A stretch of 47,104 nucleotides of DNA, from positions 1 to 47,104 of the forward strand of contig JBDRAM010000026.1 in NCBI GenBank assembly GCA_043823785.1, given 5' to 3'. The position numbers and the translations under genes are program-made. The DNA comes from Candidatus Omnitrophota bacterium. Its GTDB lineage: Bacteria > Omnitrophota > Gorgyraeia > JABMRG01. The notes beneath the pieces are model-generated. The model was not told where the DNA came from and made no database searches. It saw nothing but the letters and a program-made list of their open reading frames with translations. Position 1 is the stretch's first letter. The number at the start of each line of letters is the position of its first letter. Positions 28,518-37,867 of this stretch are shown here, one piece after another.

Positions 28518-29678
28518 TTAACTATTATAAACCGTGAGCACTTCATCCGCTATTACGTCCCATGAAAATACCGTCTCTACCGCAACGCGCCCGTTTCTTC
28601 CCATCCATCGCGCATGGTCAAAATCAGAGAATAGAGTTCCTATGCCCCATGCTACAGATTCAGGATTGTTATAGGTCTTTAAGCCATTCACATCATGCCA
28701 TACTATCTCTGAAGGCCCGCCTACTGAGGAAGCTACTACAGGCTTTCCCGCGCTCCAGGCCTCAAGTATGACTATTCCAAAAGGCTCATTTCTGCTTGGA
28801 ACACATACACAATCAGTGGCCTTGAAAAGATTCTTAAGCCTCCAGCCATTTGTATATCCTAAGAACCTGGTTGCGTGGCTCACCCCTAAGCTGCGCGCTC
28901 TCTCTTCGACGCCCCAGCGCATTTCGCCATCGCCGGCAAAGACAAATTTCGCGTTACCGCAGTGATGAAGTATCAAGGGTATAGCCTCTGCTAAAATATC
29001 CGGGCCTTTCTGGTATACCATTCTCCCAGCGAACAAAACCATAGGATCCATCGGGTCTATTCCATACATCTTCTTAACATCTGCGGGATCTGTCCAGCCA
29101 TCATATGACTTATATGTTATACCATTATAAATAGCGTTGACTTTCCAATCCGGTAAACTGTACATCCAGATCAATTCATTCTTCAGAGCTTTAGAGACTG
29201 CGATAACACTATCGGCGCTATAAGCGCCGTGCCATTCTATATGCCTTATCTTTTCAGAATTACCGTTAAAGAAATTATTACCGCATCTTCCATATTCGCT
29301 GGAGTGCAGGGTAAGAACCGATTTCCTGCCCCTGCCTTCTTTTATCCAGCTCATCGCGTTTGCTGTCAGCCAATCATGAGCATGTATAATATCGAACCTT
29401 CCTACATAATCCTCTGTCCGGTAAAAAGCTTCTACAAAGGAGCGGCACATGTTGTTTATCTCTTCAATAAAATCCGGGTTTGAACTGAAATAACAGCGAT
29501 GGTAGTGGACACCGTGTATACGTTCATACGCAGCATGATCTGGGCGCCCCATACGAGTAAATAGATGGACTTCATGCCCTTTACGTTCCAGGGCACATGC
29601 AAGCTCTGTAACATGAAAAGCTATGCCCCCTATGCTTATCGAGTGCATAGACTCCCATGAAAAAATAGCTACGCGCAT
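28518..29678 (-). CDS. GT4 glycosyltransferase, glycogen/alpha-glucan synthase-like
   Basis: SWE...GG, HAHDW, QKG, PSRNEPFGIVILEAW. Confidence 0.88.
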   Translation of the reverse strand: MRVAIFSWESMHSISIGGIAFHVTELACALERKGHEVHLFTRMGRPDHAAYERIHGVHYHRCYFSSNPDFIEEINNMCRSFVEAFYRTEDYVGRFDIIHAHDWLTANAMSWIKEGRGRKSVLTLHSSEYGRCGNNFFNGNSEKIRHIEWHGAYSADSVIAVSKALKNELIWMYSLPDWKVNAIYNGITYKSYDGWTDPADVKKMYGIDPMDPMVLFAGRMVYQKGPDILAEAIPLILHHCGNAKFVFAGDGEMRWGVEERARSLGVSHATRFLGYTNGWRLKNLFKATDCVCVPSRNEPFGIVILEAWSAGKPVVASSVGGPSEIVWHDVNGLKTYNNPESVAWGIGTLFSDFDHARWMGRNGRVAVETVFSWDVIADEVLTVYNS

Positions 29679-29706
29679 TACGCTCCTGCTGTTTTTTAAT
29701 ATATAA

Positions 29707-30210
29707 CTATATAGTCAGTACTGAGTTATACCCGCCGTACAAATTCTGGGTAGTGTCAGGATTCATTGGATCTGTTAACCATTCACCATCAACTATGAAC
29801 TTATACTCATACCTGCCAGGGTCCAATGTCGCAGTTGTCTTCCAAAGCCCGCTTCTTCCCTTTTTAAGCGTGCTCCTGTTTGTATCCCACGAATTGAAAT
29901 CTCCTGCAATCAGCACATTCTTCGCGCTGGGAGCAGTAAGCTCAAATGTGACCCTTTTCTTTTTTGTGGTCTGTTTTTTTGTGGCCATTTCTATTGCCTC
30001 CTTTCTTACTTTTATACGTTCCGGACGTAATATTTGTTCTGGTGTTACGTTAAGTATTTTCGATAGCTTATCTAACGTAGAAGCCTTAAGCTCTCGTCTA
30101 TCACCTTCCCACATACAGATAGCTTGGCGGGTCACTCCCATTTTTTTTGCGAGTGCGCCTTGAGTCATATTCTTAGTTAGTCTTAATTTTCTTAATACTG
30201 AGCCCACCAT
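29707..30210 (-). CDS. XRE-family HTH fused to an AMPK-beta-like glycogen-binding domain (CBM48); likely internal start at 29988
   Basis: LRKLRLTKNMTQGALAKKMGVTRQAICMWE plus AGDFNSW...GRYEYKFIVDGEW..DP. Confidence 0.88.
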   Translation of the reverse strand: MVGSVLRKLRLTKNMTQGALAKKMGVTRQAICMWEGDRRELKASTLDKLSKILNVTPEQILRPERIKVRKEAIEMATKKQTTKKKRVTFELTAPSAKNVLIAGDFNSWDTNRSTLKKGRSGLWKTTATLDPGRYEYKFIVDGEWLTDPMNPDTTQNLYGGYNSVLTI

Positions 30211-30250
30211 TGGGTTTTTCCTTTGCTAATAAGCAGTAGCTTTTAAACTA

Positions 30251-30323
30251 ATGACACAGCTTGTTAACACTTCTAAGGCAGCTGCGGGAAAAATATTATG
30301 ACACAGTGCGTTAACTTTGTCAA
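30251..30323 (-). promoter_or_regulatory. promoter TTGACA-17-CATAAT with two 18-bp direct-repeat candidate operators
   Basis: -35 at 30318-30323, -10 at 30295-30300; atgacacagNNNgttaac at 30251-30268 and 30298-30315. Confidence 0.65.
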
Positions 30324-30344
30324 GCAAATTTATTTTGCGGGTAG

Positions 30345-30460
30345 TTGCTTGATCCTGAGGCCCCGGCAGGGCCGAAGGATTTAAAAGCAAATTTATACGC
30401 CAAAAAGTTTGCTTGATCCTGAAGCTCAAAGAGCTAAAAGGATCTAAGAGCAAATTTATA
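30345..30460. repeat. two tandem ~52-bp ATCCTGA...AAGGAT hairpin repeats
   Basis: Copies at 30345-30397 and 30409-30460; related copy at 45806-45839. Confidence 0.65.
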
Positions 30461-30540
30461 TAAATGGGGCACGTGAGAACAATGCGTTACGCATACTGCT
30501 GATAAGATTTAATTATGAGAAACTTATAACCGGGGAATGA

Positions 30541-32628
30541 CTAAGAAACTACGATATCCAGCAGGATGGACTTGACACACTTATGATCTAATCTGAACTT
30601 AAATACCGGAATGATGCAGGTAGCCTGGTAGTTCTCCTCTACGCCGCGCTCTGACTGAGATATCGTGTTAACACAATATCTGTAAACTTTATCGGCTTTT
30701 TCTGAAAATTGGAGCTTTATTTTTAAGCTCAAAACCTCATCGCGCAGTATTAATGAGCTGATCTTTTTTAACTCCGCATTTATGCTGTCTTTTGTAAGCG
30801 AAAAATTAAGCTCCGGCGCGAAGTTTAATACAGCCTGCTCCTGAGACAGGTTTGCTATCTTGTAGCTTACAGATATTTTATTTTGCGCAGGGGTGAAAAA
30901 AAACCGCTTATTTATCTCAATAGGCTGTTTATCTACATGCCCCATTCTCCTTAAGATGATATTTTTACCGCTTGCCTTTGATATGGAATAAGCATTGTTA
31001 ACAAAATCACCTTTCTCCTCATGCAGGTTACTTATTATCTGTTTCAGGGTGGCTTTTTTAGAAAGAAAATGGTCTTTGAGCAATGCCCTGCGGCCTTTAT
31101 CATAGTAGAGCTTCTTTCCGGCTATATCTTTCTTTGACAATCGGGACTTATGTATCGTTTCCGGGCCATCATCATTCATGCCTCCTAACGCAAATTCTTT
31201 TAGTTTTTTATGATACGGCTCTTTTTTACGGGAAATGGTATTTACTATATTGATGGATTTTTTCTTTATATCCCACTCTGTTATAGTAGCTCCCTCAGCC
31301 GTATCTATTGTAAAGGTATCAAGAGGCGTAGATACTATGAACTCTTTATGGCCGTCACAGTCAAAATCTGACGCTTCTATCTTTAACCACTTCTTTCCAT
31401 TGTTTTCTACGGAATCCAATAGCTTATCCGCGGATATTATATGTTCATATATTGCCTGCCTCAGATGATATAGATAGAGCCCGCCAAATACACCATGCCA
31501 GTATGCGCAATTGCACTGTGACTTAAGAAGCTCTTTCTTTGCTTCATCTATTCTTTTAGCCTGGCCTTTGCTATGGTTCGCCGCCAGGAGGCGGCTCCTA
31601 CGCCTAAGTCTTTTACTAACCAGCAGCATCCTCTTATGCATCTGGTTGGATTCAGGATATTTGATAAGAAAGTTTCTCCAAAATCCCCCTCGTATAAAAT
31701 CTGCGTATTTATCAAAGCTTCTCTCGTCATTTAATTTCTTTAGTATATCTTTGAACGCCTGAGCAGAATCTACGGGCAAAGACCATTCACCCATCTCCTG
31801 ATATGACGCGGTGGGTAGATATATCCTGCCTTGCGAAGGATTATTTTTCATATATTCTGATATCTTCTCAGTCTTGACCCATGATGAATTTTCACGCAAA
31901 AACTTAAGAAATTTATAGAGCCATTTTTTTTCATAGACCCACTTATAGGTTCCGGGCCATTCACCGAATTTCTCCCCATCGTCACCATATAACACACAAT
32001 TGCTATTGAATTTATCTCTAACCTTATGAAAATAACTTAGTGTTTCTTCCTGGGGATTAAAAGGTATGTTGTAGCGTAAAAATTTATCTGACGGGAATAT
32101 GTTTAAGCAATTGCCATCGTCTTCTGTTATGTAATAACCATATAATTTATCCTGCTTAAGCCCCGCGTATCTTAAATGCGTATCATCTACAATAGTATAT
32201 CTTATGCCTGCCTTTTTAAAAATGCCCGCGAGATGAGGCTCCCATACCCTTTCGGGGAGCCATGCGCCTTTGGCACTTACGCCAAATTCATCTCTCAAGA
32301 AAGAAGAAAGCATCCTTATCTGATCAGAGCTGTCTTTATCCGGAAGACATGAAAATATCGGCTCATAAAAACCTCCGCCTAAAATCTCAACCTGCCCCTT
32401 CTCCGCCAATCTCTTTATTCTGGACAACATGGAACTATTATGTTTTTTAAACCATTCGAGCAAGCAGCCGCTATAATGCAGGTTAAACTTGATATCCGGG
32501 AAATCTTCTATTGTATCAAGGAACGGTTCATAACATCTGCGGCATGCCCTTTCAATAACAGAGTCAAAATTTCCAACTGGCTGATGAAAGTGTATGGTCT
32601 GTAAAAAAAATAGGGGTTCTTTAGTCAT
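30541..32628 (-). CDS. GH57 alpha-amylase / 4-alpha-glucanotransferase (DUF1926 type)
   Basis: HFHQPVGN, WLPERVWEP, GDDGEKFGEWP, YWHGVFGGLY, SQSERG. Confidence 0.92.
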   Translation of the reverse strand: MTKEPLFFLQTIHFHQPVGNFDSVIERACRRCYEPFLDTIEDFPDIKFNLHYSGCLLEWFKKHNSSMLSRIKRLAEKGQVEILGGGFYEPIFSCLPDKDSSDQIRMLSSFLRDEFGVSAKGAWLPERVWEPHLAGIFKKAGIRYTIVDDTHLRYAGLKQDKLYGYYITEDDGNCLNIFPSDKFLRYNIPFNPQEETLSYFHKVRDKFNSNCVLYGDDGEKFGEWPGTYKWVYEKKWLYKFLKFLRENSSWVKTEKISEYMKNNPSQGRIYLPTASYQEMGEWSLPVDSAQAFKDILKKLNDERSFDKYADFIRGGFWRNFLIKYPESNQMHKRMLLVSKRLRRRSRLLAANHSKGQAKRIDEAKKELLKSQCNCAYWHGVFGGLYLYHLRQAIYEHIISADKLLDSVENNGKKWLKIEASDFDCDGHKEFIVSTPLDTFTIDTAEGATITEWDIKKKSINIVNTISRKKEPYHKKLKEFALGGMNDDGPETIHKSRLSKKDIAGKKLYYDKGRRALLKDHFLSKKATLKQIISNLHEEKGDFVNNAYSISKASGKNIILRRMGHVDKQPIEINKRFFFTPAQNKISVSYKIANLSQEQAVLNFAPELNFSLTKDSINAELKKISSLILRDEVLSLKIKLQFSEKADKVYRYCVNTISQSERGVEENYQATCIIPVFKFRLDHKCVKSILLDIVVS
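31577..31602 (-). repeat. GTAG-type REP-like copy inside a CDS
   Basis: 26/26 identical to 13436-13461; translated within RRRSRLLAAN. Confidence 0.75.
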
Positions 32629-32651
32629 GTATTACCTTGCATCTTTTTACC

Positions 32652-33977
32652 TCAACCTTTGAATAAGATATCTCGTATCTTATCCTTTATGTCCCTGGCA
32701 GCTACTACCTTGTAATAGTAATTATGCTTTTCATCGTCGCTTATTTTTGAGGCTGTTAATGCCCTGTAAGCGTTAAAGATAACCTCTTCCTGCAGTAAGA
32801 GGCCTTTATTTATCAGGTTTATGTCCCACATAGGCCTTCTGCTAGCCCACCACCATTGGCAGCTGTAGATAGCCCTGTCCATAAGGCTTCTTGCCATATC
32901 TGCCGATGATTTTGATTCAAAAGTAATTGACACGGGATCATTTGCCTTATTTACAAGCTCAAGGCATATATTTACATGTTCCCACTGATATCTATGTATC
33001 ATATTATTAGGATCGTTCCAAAGCGGAAAAGGACTATTTTTCGCGATATCCTCATCAGACGTGGACCAACTGGAAGGTTTTGGCTCAACAGTTTCCGCTT
33101 TTTGGAAATGCTCTATAATCTCGCTTATAGTTACCACCTTTATCTTGCTCATATCAACAGAATCCAGTATCTTCTTATGGCCCTTGGCCAGGCACAGCCT
33201 CTGCTTTATCTTTTTAAAGGTTCGCGGAGTAACCGCAAGCGCTTCATAAACAGCTTGCAAAAAAAGTTTTTCCCAGTTTCGTATATGATGCCCGAAAGTC
33301 TCCGCATCCATCGCCGTTACAACATATATATCATTTTCGTGAGCTGAGGGGCCGTCTTTCTGCTGATGCTTATGTATGTTGCTAAGATGCTCAAGAAAAC
33401 CCTTGCTATCTATCCCGTGAAAACTTATATTATTGCTCAATATATCATCGCGAAATAATACTCTCATATCCTTACCCTTATTATTTTTAAGTCCATACAC
33501 CTTATTCATAGGCCATGGCTTCGGGCAGGCTATGCCACTTAGGAGAACCCATTCGTACCCCGCTTCCGCGATAGGGGCGGTTACCCTTTCGGAATAGCAC
33601 ATCTCAGGGGGGAAGAAACCTTTTGGGCGATAGCTATTCTTAAAAAAGAAACTATTGGTCTTATCATTAAGTTCAATCTGACGCCTCATCTCCTCTTCGG
33701 GTATAAGAGGCAGTATGGCATGGTATTTGGATGAACCAACAAATTCAAGCTGGCCTCGATGGGCTATGGTCCTTAATCCTTTTACAATATCATCTCCACC
33801 GTGATCCATTAAAAGCTCTGTTAAGGAACCGCTTATATTTACTGTGACCTTCGCGGAAGGATGCGTCATAAAGAGTTTGACAAGCGGCCTGTAAGACTCT
33901 TTGCATATCTTTTTTAAGACAGCGTGAAATTGTGTAGGTGGTTGATAAAAATGCAGGAACGGTGCCCAGTATATCAT
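32652..33977 (-). CDS. glycoside hydrolase family 57 protein
   Basis: LHFYQP, FFPPEMCY, AMDAETFGHH, SCQWWWAS. Confidence 0.87.
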   Translation of the reverse strand: MIYWAPFLHFYQPPTQFHAVLKKICKESYRPLVKLFMTHPSAKVTVNISGSLTELLMDHGGDDIVKGLRTIAHRGQLEFVGSSKYHAILPLIPEEEMRRQIELNDKTNSFFFKNSYRPKGFFPPEMCYSERVTAPIAEAGYEWVLLSGIACPKPWPMNKVYGLKNNKGKDMRVLFRDDILSNNISFHGIDSKGFLEHLSNIHKHQQKDGPSAHENDIYVVTAMDAETFGHHIRNWEKLFLQAVYEALAVTPRTFKKIKQRLCLAKGHKKILDSVDMSKIKVVTISEIIEHFQKAETVEPKPSSWSTSDEDIAKNSPFPLWNDPNNMIHRYQWEHVNICLELVNKANDPVSITFESKSSADMARSLMDRAIYSCQWWWASRRPMWDINLINKGLLLQEEVIFNAYRALTASKISDDEKHNYYYKVVAARDIKDKIRDILFKG

Positions 33978-34033
33978 ATTATCTCCTTTTATATAGGCAC
34001 TATGATATATCGTAAATTTAAAAAATACAAATA

Positions 34034-34966
34034 TTATCTTCTAAAAATCATATCTTTCTTAAGAGGCTTACCTCTTAAGAATTCCGCCGCATGGAGAGGT
34101 TTTTTTCCTTCCAGTTGAAGCTTTTTTACCAGTAGAGATCCATTGCCGCAGGCTACAGATATGCCTTTATCGTTTACATCTGTTATTTCCCCGGGCTTAT
34201 GAATATCATCTCCCGGCAGCAGATCAGCATCGAGGATCTTTAGCATTTTGCCTTCGATATATGTATATGCGGACGGCCAGGGAAAACAGCCGCGTATAAG
34301 GTCTCTTATGGATAAGGCGTCTTTTTCCCAGCCTATAAGCCCATCCTCCTTTTTAAGCTTTGAGGCATAGGAAGCCTCCGCCCCAGACTGCGGTGAGAAT
34401 TTTACATCTTCAGATTCTATAATATCCAGGGCATCGGATATCATCTCTGCTCCAAGGATCGAAAGCTTATTGCTCAGCGTAAGCGAGTTATCGTTTTCAT
34501 CAATGGCTATCTCTTTTTGGCTCAATATGTCTCCCCCATCGAGGCCTTCATTCATCCGTATTATGCTTATGCCGGTTTTTTTGTCACCGTTAATAATAGC
34601 GCGCTGGATCGGAGCTGCTCCACGATACCTTGGAAGCAGCGAAGCGTGTATGTTTATAGAATATAATGCCGGTACCCCCAAGAGATCTTTCTTTAATATC
34701 TGGCCAAACGCGGCTACTACAAAAATGTGTGCTGCTTCTTTCTTTAATGATTCTATCGCGTCCTTAGAATTCACATCAGGAAATTTCAGTATCTTTACAT
34801 TCTGCTTGTCGGCGCACTCTTCGACAGGCTGCGGAAGAACCTTAAGGCCCCTTCCCTTCTGCCTTACAGGTTGAGTAATTACAGCTGATACCTCGTGCCT
34901 GCTGTTTAAAATAGCTTCAAGAGGCTTTACCGCAAACTCTGATGTCCCGAAAAACACTATACGCAT
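34034..34966 (-). CDS. fmt: methionyl-tRNA formyltransferase
   Basis: FFGTSEFA, NIHASLLPRYRGAAPIQ. Confidence 0.97.
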   Translation of the reverse strand: MRIVFFGTSEFAVKPLEAILNSRHEVSAVITQPVRQKGRGLKVLPQPVEECADKQNVKILKFPDVNSKDAIESLKKEAAHIFVVAAFGQILKKDLLGVPALYSINIHASLLPRYRGAAPIQRAIINGDKKTGISIIRMNEGLDGGDILSQKEIAIDENDNSLTLSNKLSILGAEMISDALDIIESEDVKFSPQSGAEASYASKLKKEDGLIGWEKDALSIRDLIRGCFPWPSAYTYIEGKMLKILDADLLPGDDIHKPGEITDVNDKGISVACGNGSLLVKKLQLEGKKPLHAAEFLRGKPLKKDMIFRR

Positions 34967-34988
34967 ATTAGGCTGCCTTTCGTAATTC

Positions 34989-37025
34989 CTACATAGGGTC
35001 TACATCAACTGTCAGAATCACACCGTGCGGTTTCCTGAACTCCTTAAGGCATTGCTTGAGCTTAGGGTTAAATTCGCACGGGTCCTTCACCTTTAATATT
35101 ATATTCCATCTATACTGCCTGCGCAACCTGAAAACAAAATCCGGCGCAGGCCCCGCAAGGTCTATAAGCCCCTGGAGGTTCTTTTTTAAGATATGCCCTG
35201 CTAAGTCTTCCGCGCACTTTTTGGCCCTTTCTTCCTTATAAGAACGAGATGTTAAACATATGATATGAGAAAATGGCGGCAAAAATATCTCCCTCCTTAA
35301 CGCTATCTCCTTTTTATAAAAATCCTTAAAATCATGATTTATCGCTGAAATCACCGTATAGTGATGAGGTACAAATGTCTGGACAATAACCTTACCCGGC
35401 ACAAGCCCTCTTCCTGCTCTTCCCGCAACCTGCGTAAGCAGCTGGAACGTCCTCTCACCGGCCCTGAAATCAGGGAGATTTAATGCCGTATCTGCCGATA
35501 TGACGCCCACCAGCGTAACGCTTGGAAAATCATGCCCCTTCGCGACCATTTGGGTGCCTATCAATATCTCTGTTTTGCCTTGTTCAAAATCTTTCAATAT
35601 AAACTTATGAGACTCTCTCTTTTTTGTAGAGTCGCTATCCATCCTGCTTACTGTATTCGTAGGAAAATATCTATGCAGTTCACTCTCTACCCTTTGTGTC
35701 CCGAATCCAAAATAGTCTATATATGAACTATTGCAGGACGGGCATATATTAACAGGTTCTTTCTGATAGCTGCAGTAATGGCAAAGGAGCACCTTCTTAT
35801 CTGAGTGATAGTTTAAAGCGACATTGCACTTTTTACACGTTTCGACATAACCGCATTTTTTGCAGTTTGCGTAGGTTGAGAAGCCTCTTCGATTCAGGAA
35901 AAGTATTATCTGCTGCTTATCGCTCAGAACCTTTTCCATCGCCTCCTTGAGAAGCCTTGAAAATATAAGGCGCCTTCTTTTACGTTCTATAAGCTCTTTC
36001 CTCATATCTACAATTTTGACTTCGGGAAGAGGGCGCTTTTCAATACGTTCCTGAAGCTGAAGTAGTTTATACTCTCCGGCTTTAGCCTTTGTATAAGATT
36101 CCAAAGATGGTGTCGCTCCTCCTAATATCACTACCGCGTTATTAAGTTTCGCGCGCATTATAGCTACGTCTACAGCATTGTAACGCGGCGAATCATTCTG
36201 CTTATACGAGGCGTCATGCTCCTCATCTACTATTATCAATCCGATATCTTTTATAGGTGAAAATATCGCGGAGCGCGCACCGACAACAATATGGCAGATG
36301 CCATCCTTAAGCTTCTTCCATTCCGTATATTTCTGCCCCTGGGTAAGGCGGCTATGGAATACCGCGACCCTCTCCTGGAACCTGCCCTTAAACCTCTCTA
36401 GGGCCTGCGGAGTCAATGATATTTCAGGCACAAGCACTATGCAGGATAGGCCTTTTTCTAAAACCCTGCCGATAGCCTGAAGATATACCTCTGTCTTTCC
36501 GCTTCCTGTCACGCCATGAAGCAAAAAGACGCTGTGCGTTGAATCATCTATTGATCTTAATATAGATTTAAGGGCTGCTTCTTGCTGAAGAGTAGGTTTT
36601 AATTTCTCAGTCTGCTGGATAGGCGAGTGGCCTTCTTTGACTCTCGCCTTTACCTCTGTCTTACCTTTCTTAAGGCTTGAGGGGATTACCGCGCCTATCG
36701 CCTCACCCCATGAACAAAGGTAATAATCAGATACCTGTTTAGTAAGTTTGAGCATCTCATCATCCAAAATAGGCTCTTTATCTATCACATCCAATATAGG
36801 CTTTGTATATTCTACTACTGTATCTGTATCTATACCAACTACATAACCTATGAGCTTTCTGGGCCCAAAATCAATCCAAACCCTTTTACCTATCGATAAA
36901 GCTTCAACAAACTCAGCAGGTATATGATAATCAAACGGCCCTTCTACGGGGAGGTTTAATAGAACTTTAGCGTATAGTTTGTGGCGGGTAGCGGATTGAT
37001 TTGTTTTAAGTGTTGCGTTTTCCAT
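34989..37025 (-). CDS. priA: primosomal protein N'
   Basis: GVTGSGKTEVY, DEEH, LNRRG, Cys cluster, GTQMVAKG, QVAGRAGR, DVDP. Confidence 0.97.
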   Translation of the reverse strand: MENATLKTNQSATRHKLYAKVLLNLPVEGPFDYHIPAEFVEALSIGKRVWIDFGPRKLIGYVVGIDTDTVVEYTKPILDVIDKEPILDDEMLKLTKQVSDYYLCSWGEAIGAVIPSSLKKGKTEVKARVKEGHSPIQQTEKLKPTLQQEAALKSILRSIDDSTHSVFLLHGVTGSGKTEVYLQAIGRVLEKGLSCIVLVPEISLTPQALERFKGRFQERVAVFHSRLTQGQKYTEWKKLKDGICHIVVGARSAIFSPIKDIGLIIVDEEHDASYKQNDSPRYNAVDVAIMRAKLNNAVVILGGATPSLESYTKAKAGEYKLLQLQERIEKRPLPEVKIVDMRKELIERKRRRLIFSRLLKEAMEKVLSDKQQIILFLNRRGFSTYANCKKCGYVETCKKCNVALNYHSDKKVLLCHYCSYQKEPVNICPSCNSSYIDYFGFGTQRVESELHRYFPTNTVSRMDSDSTKKRESHKFILKDFEQGKTEILIGTQMVAKGHDFPSVTLVGVISADTALNLPDFRAGERTFQLLTQVAGRAGRGLVPGKVIVQTFVPHHYTVISAINHDFKDFYKKEIALRREIFLPPFSHIICLTSRSYKEERAKKCAEDLAGHILKKNLQGLIDLAGPAPDFVFRLRRQYRWNIILKVKDPCEFNPKLKQCLKEFRKPHGVILTVDVDPM

Positions 37026-37062
37026 ATGTTAAAAATAAACCCTACAGCCTAGGACATAGGCC

Positions 37063-37767
37063 CTACACCGTTTTTAAATAGTCCCGAATCTTTTTCATAT
37101 CTTCCCATACCAGTTTTTTTTCGCTTGGGTTACGTAAAAGATACGCGGGGTGAAATGTCGGCATTACTTTTATGCCATCAAGATCGTAAAACTTGCCCCT
37201 TGCCCTGGATATGGGCTCATCAGACACGAGTAGAGTCTGCATCGCAAACTTTCCAAGACAGCATATGACCTCAGGCCTTATGATCTCGATCTGCTTTAAA
37301 AAGAATTCTCTGCAGGAAAAGACCTCTGAAGGCAGGGGATTACGATTCTGCGGCGGGCGGCACTTAAGGCAATTCGCGATATAAACATCTTTTCTTTTTA
37401 AAGAGATGGCTTCTATTATCTTTGTAAGTAAGATCCCCGCTTTCCCCACAAAAGGCTTTCCCTGGATATCTTCTTCAAGCCCCGGGGCCTCTCCGATGAA
37501 CATCAATGCTGCGTCGGGATTACCTTCGCCAAAAACAAGGTTTCTCCGTGACTGAGAAAGAGCGCACTCCCTGCAGGCTTCTACCTTTTGCCTTAGCTTA
37601 TCCAGGTCTCCCTTTTTGTCAGCTTCGAAGGCTTCATCGCTGTATGATTCTTTTCTTTTAATTTTTAAGATACTGCTTAGCATGAACTCATCAAGCCCTG
37701 ATTCTTTTTCAAGCTCGATAAAATTCTTTATATCTTTTATGATATCACCGAGAGTATGTTTATCCAC
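37063..37767 (-). CDS. uracil-DNA glycosylase, family 4
   Basis: GEAPG, PFVG, KCRPPQNR, HPAYLLR and Fe-S cysteines. Confidence 0.93.
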   Translation of the reverse strand: MDKHTLGDIIKDIKNFIELEKESGLDEFMLSSILKIKRKESYSDEAFEADKKGDLDKLRQKVEACRECALSQSRRNLVFGEGNPDAALMFIGEAPGLEEDIQGKPFVGKAGILLTKIIEAISLKRKDVYIANCLKCRPPQNRNPLPSEVFSCREFFLKQIEIIRPEVICCLGKFAMQTLLVSDEPISRARGKFYDLDGIKVMPTFHPAYLLRNPSEKKLVWEDMKKIRDYLKTV

Positions 37768-37867
37768 CCCGTACGACTCCTAGGAAATATGTATTTTGCA
37801 GTTAAATATTTTATATGTTATACTTTATATCCCGCTAAACTCTGTTTGGTTAGGAGTCGTACGGGGT
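37766..37867. repeat. 17-bp perfect inverted repeat covering the udg RBS and the 3' end of the upstream gene
   Basis: accccgtacgactccta (37766-37782) / taggagtcgtacggggt (37851-37867). Confidence 0.75.

Noticed and set aside
30226-30453. 75-aa minus-strand ORF
   Set aside because: It overlaps a consensus promoter and tandem hairpin repeats and has no protein features
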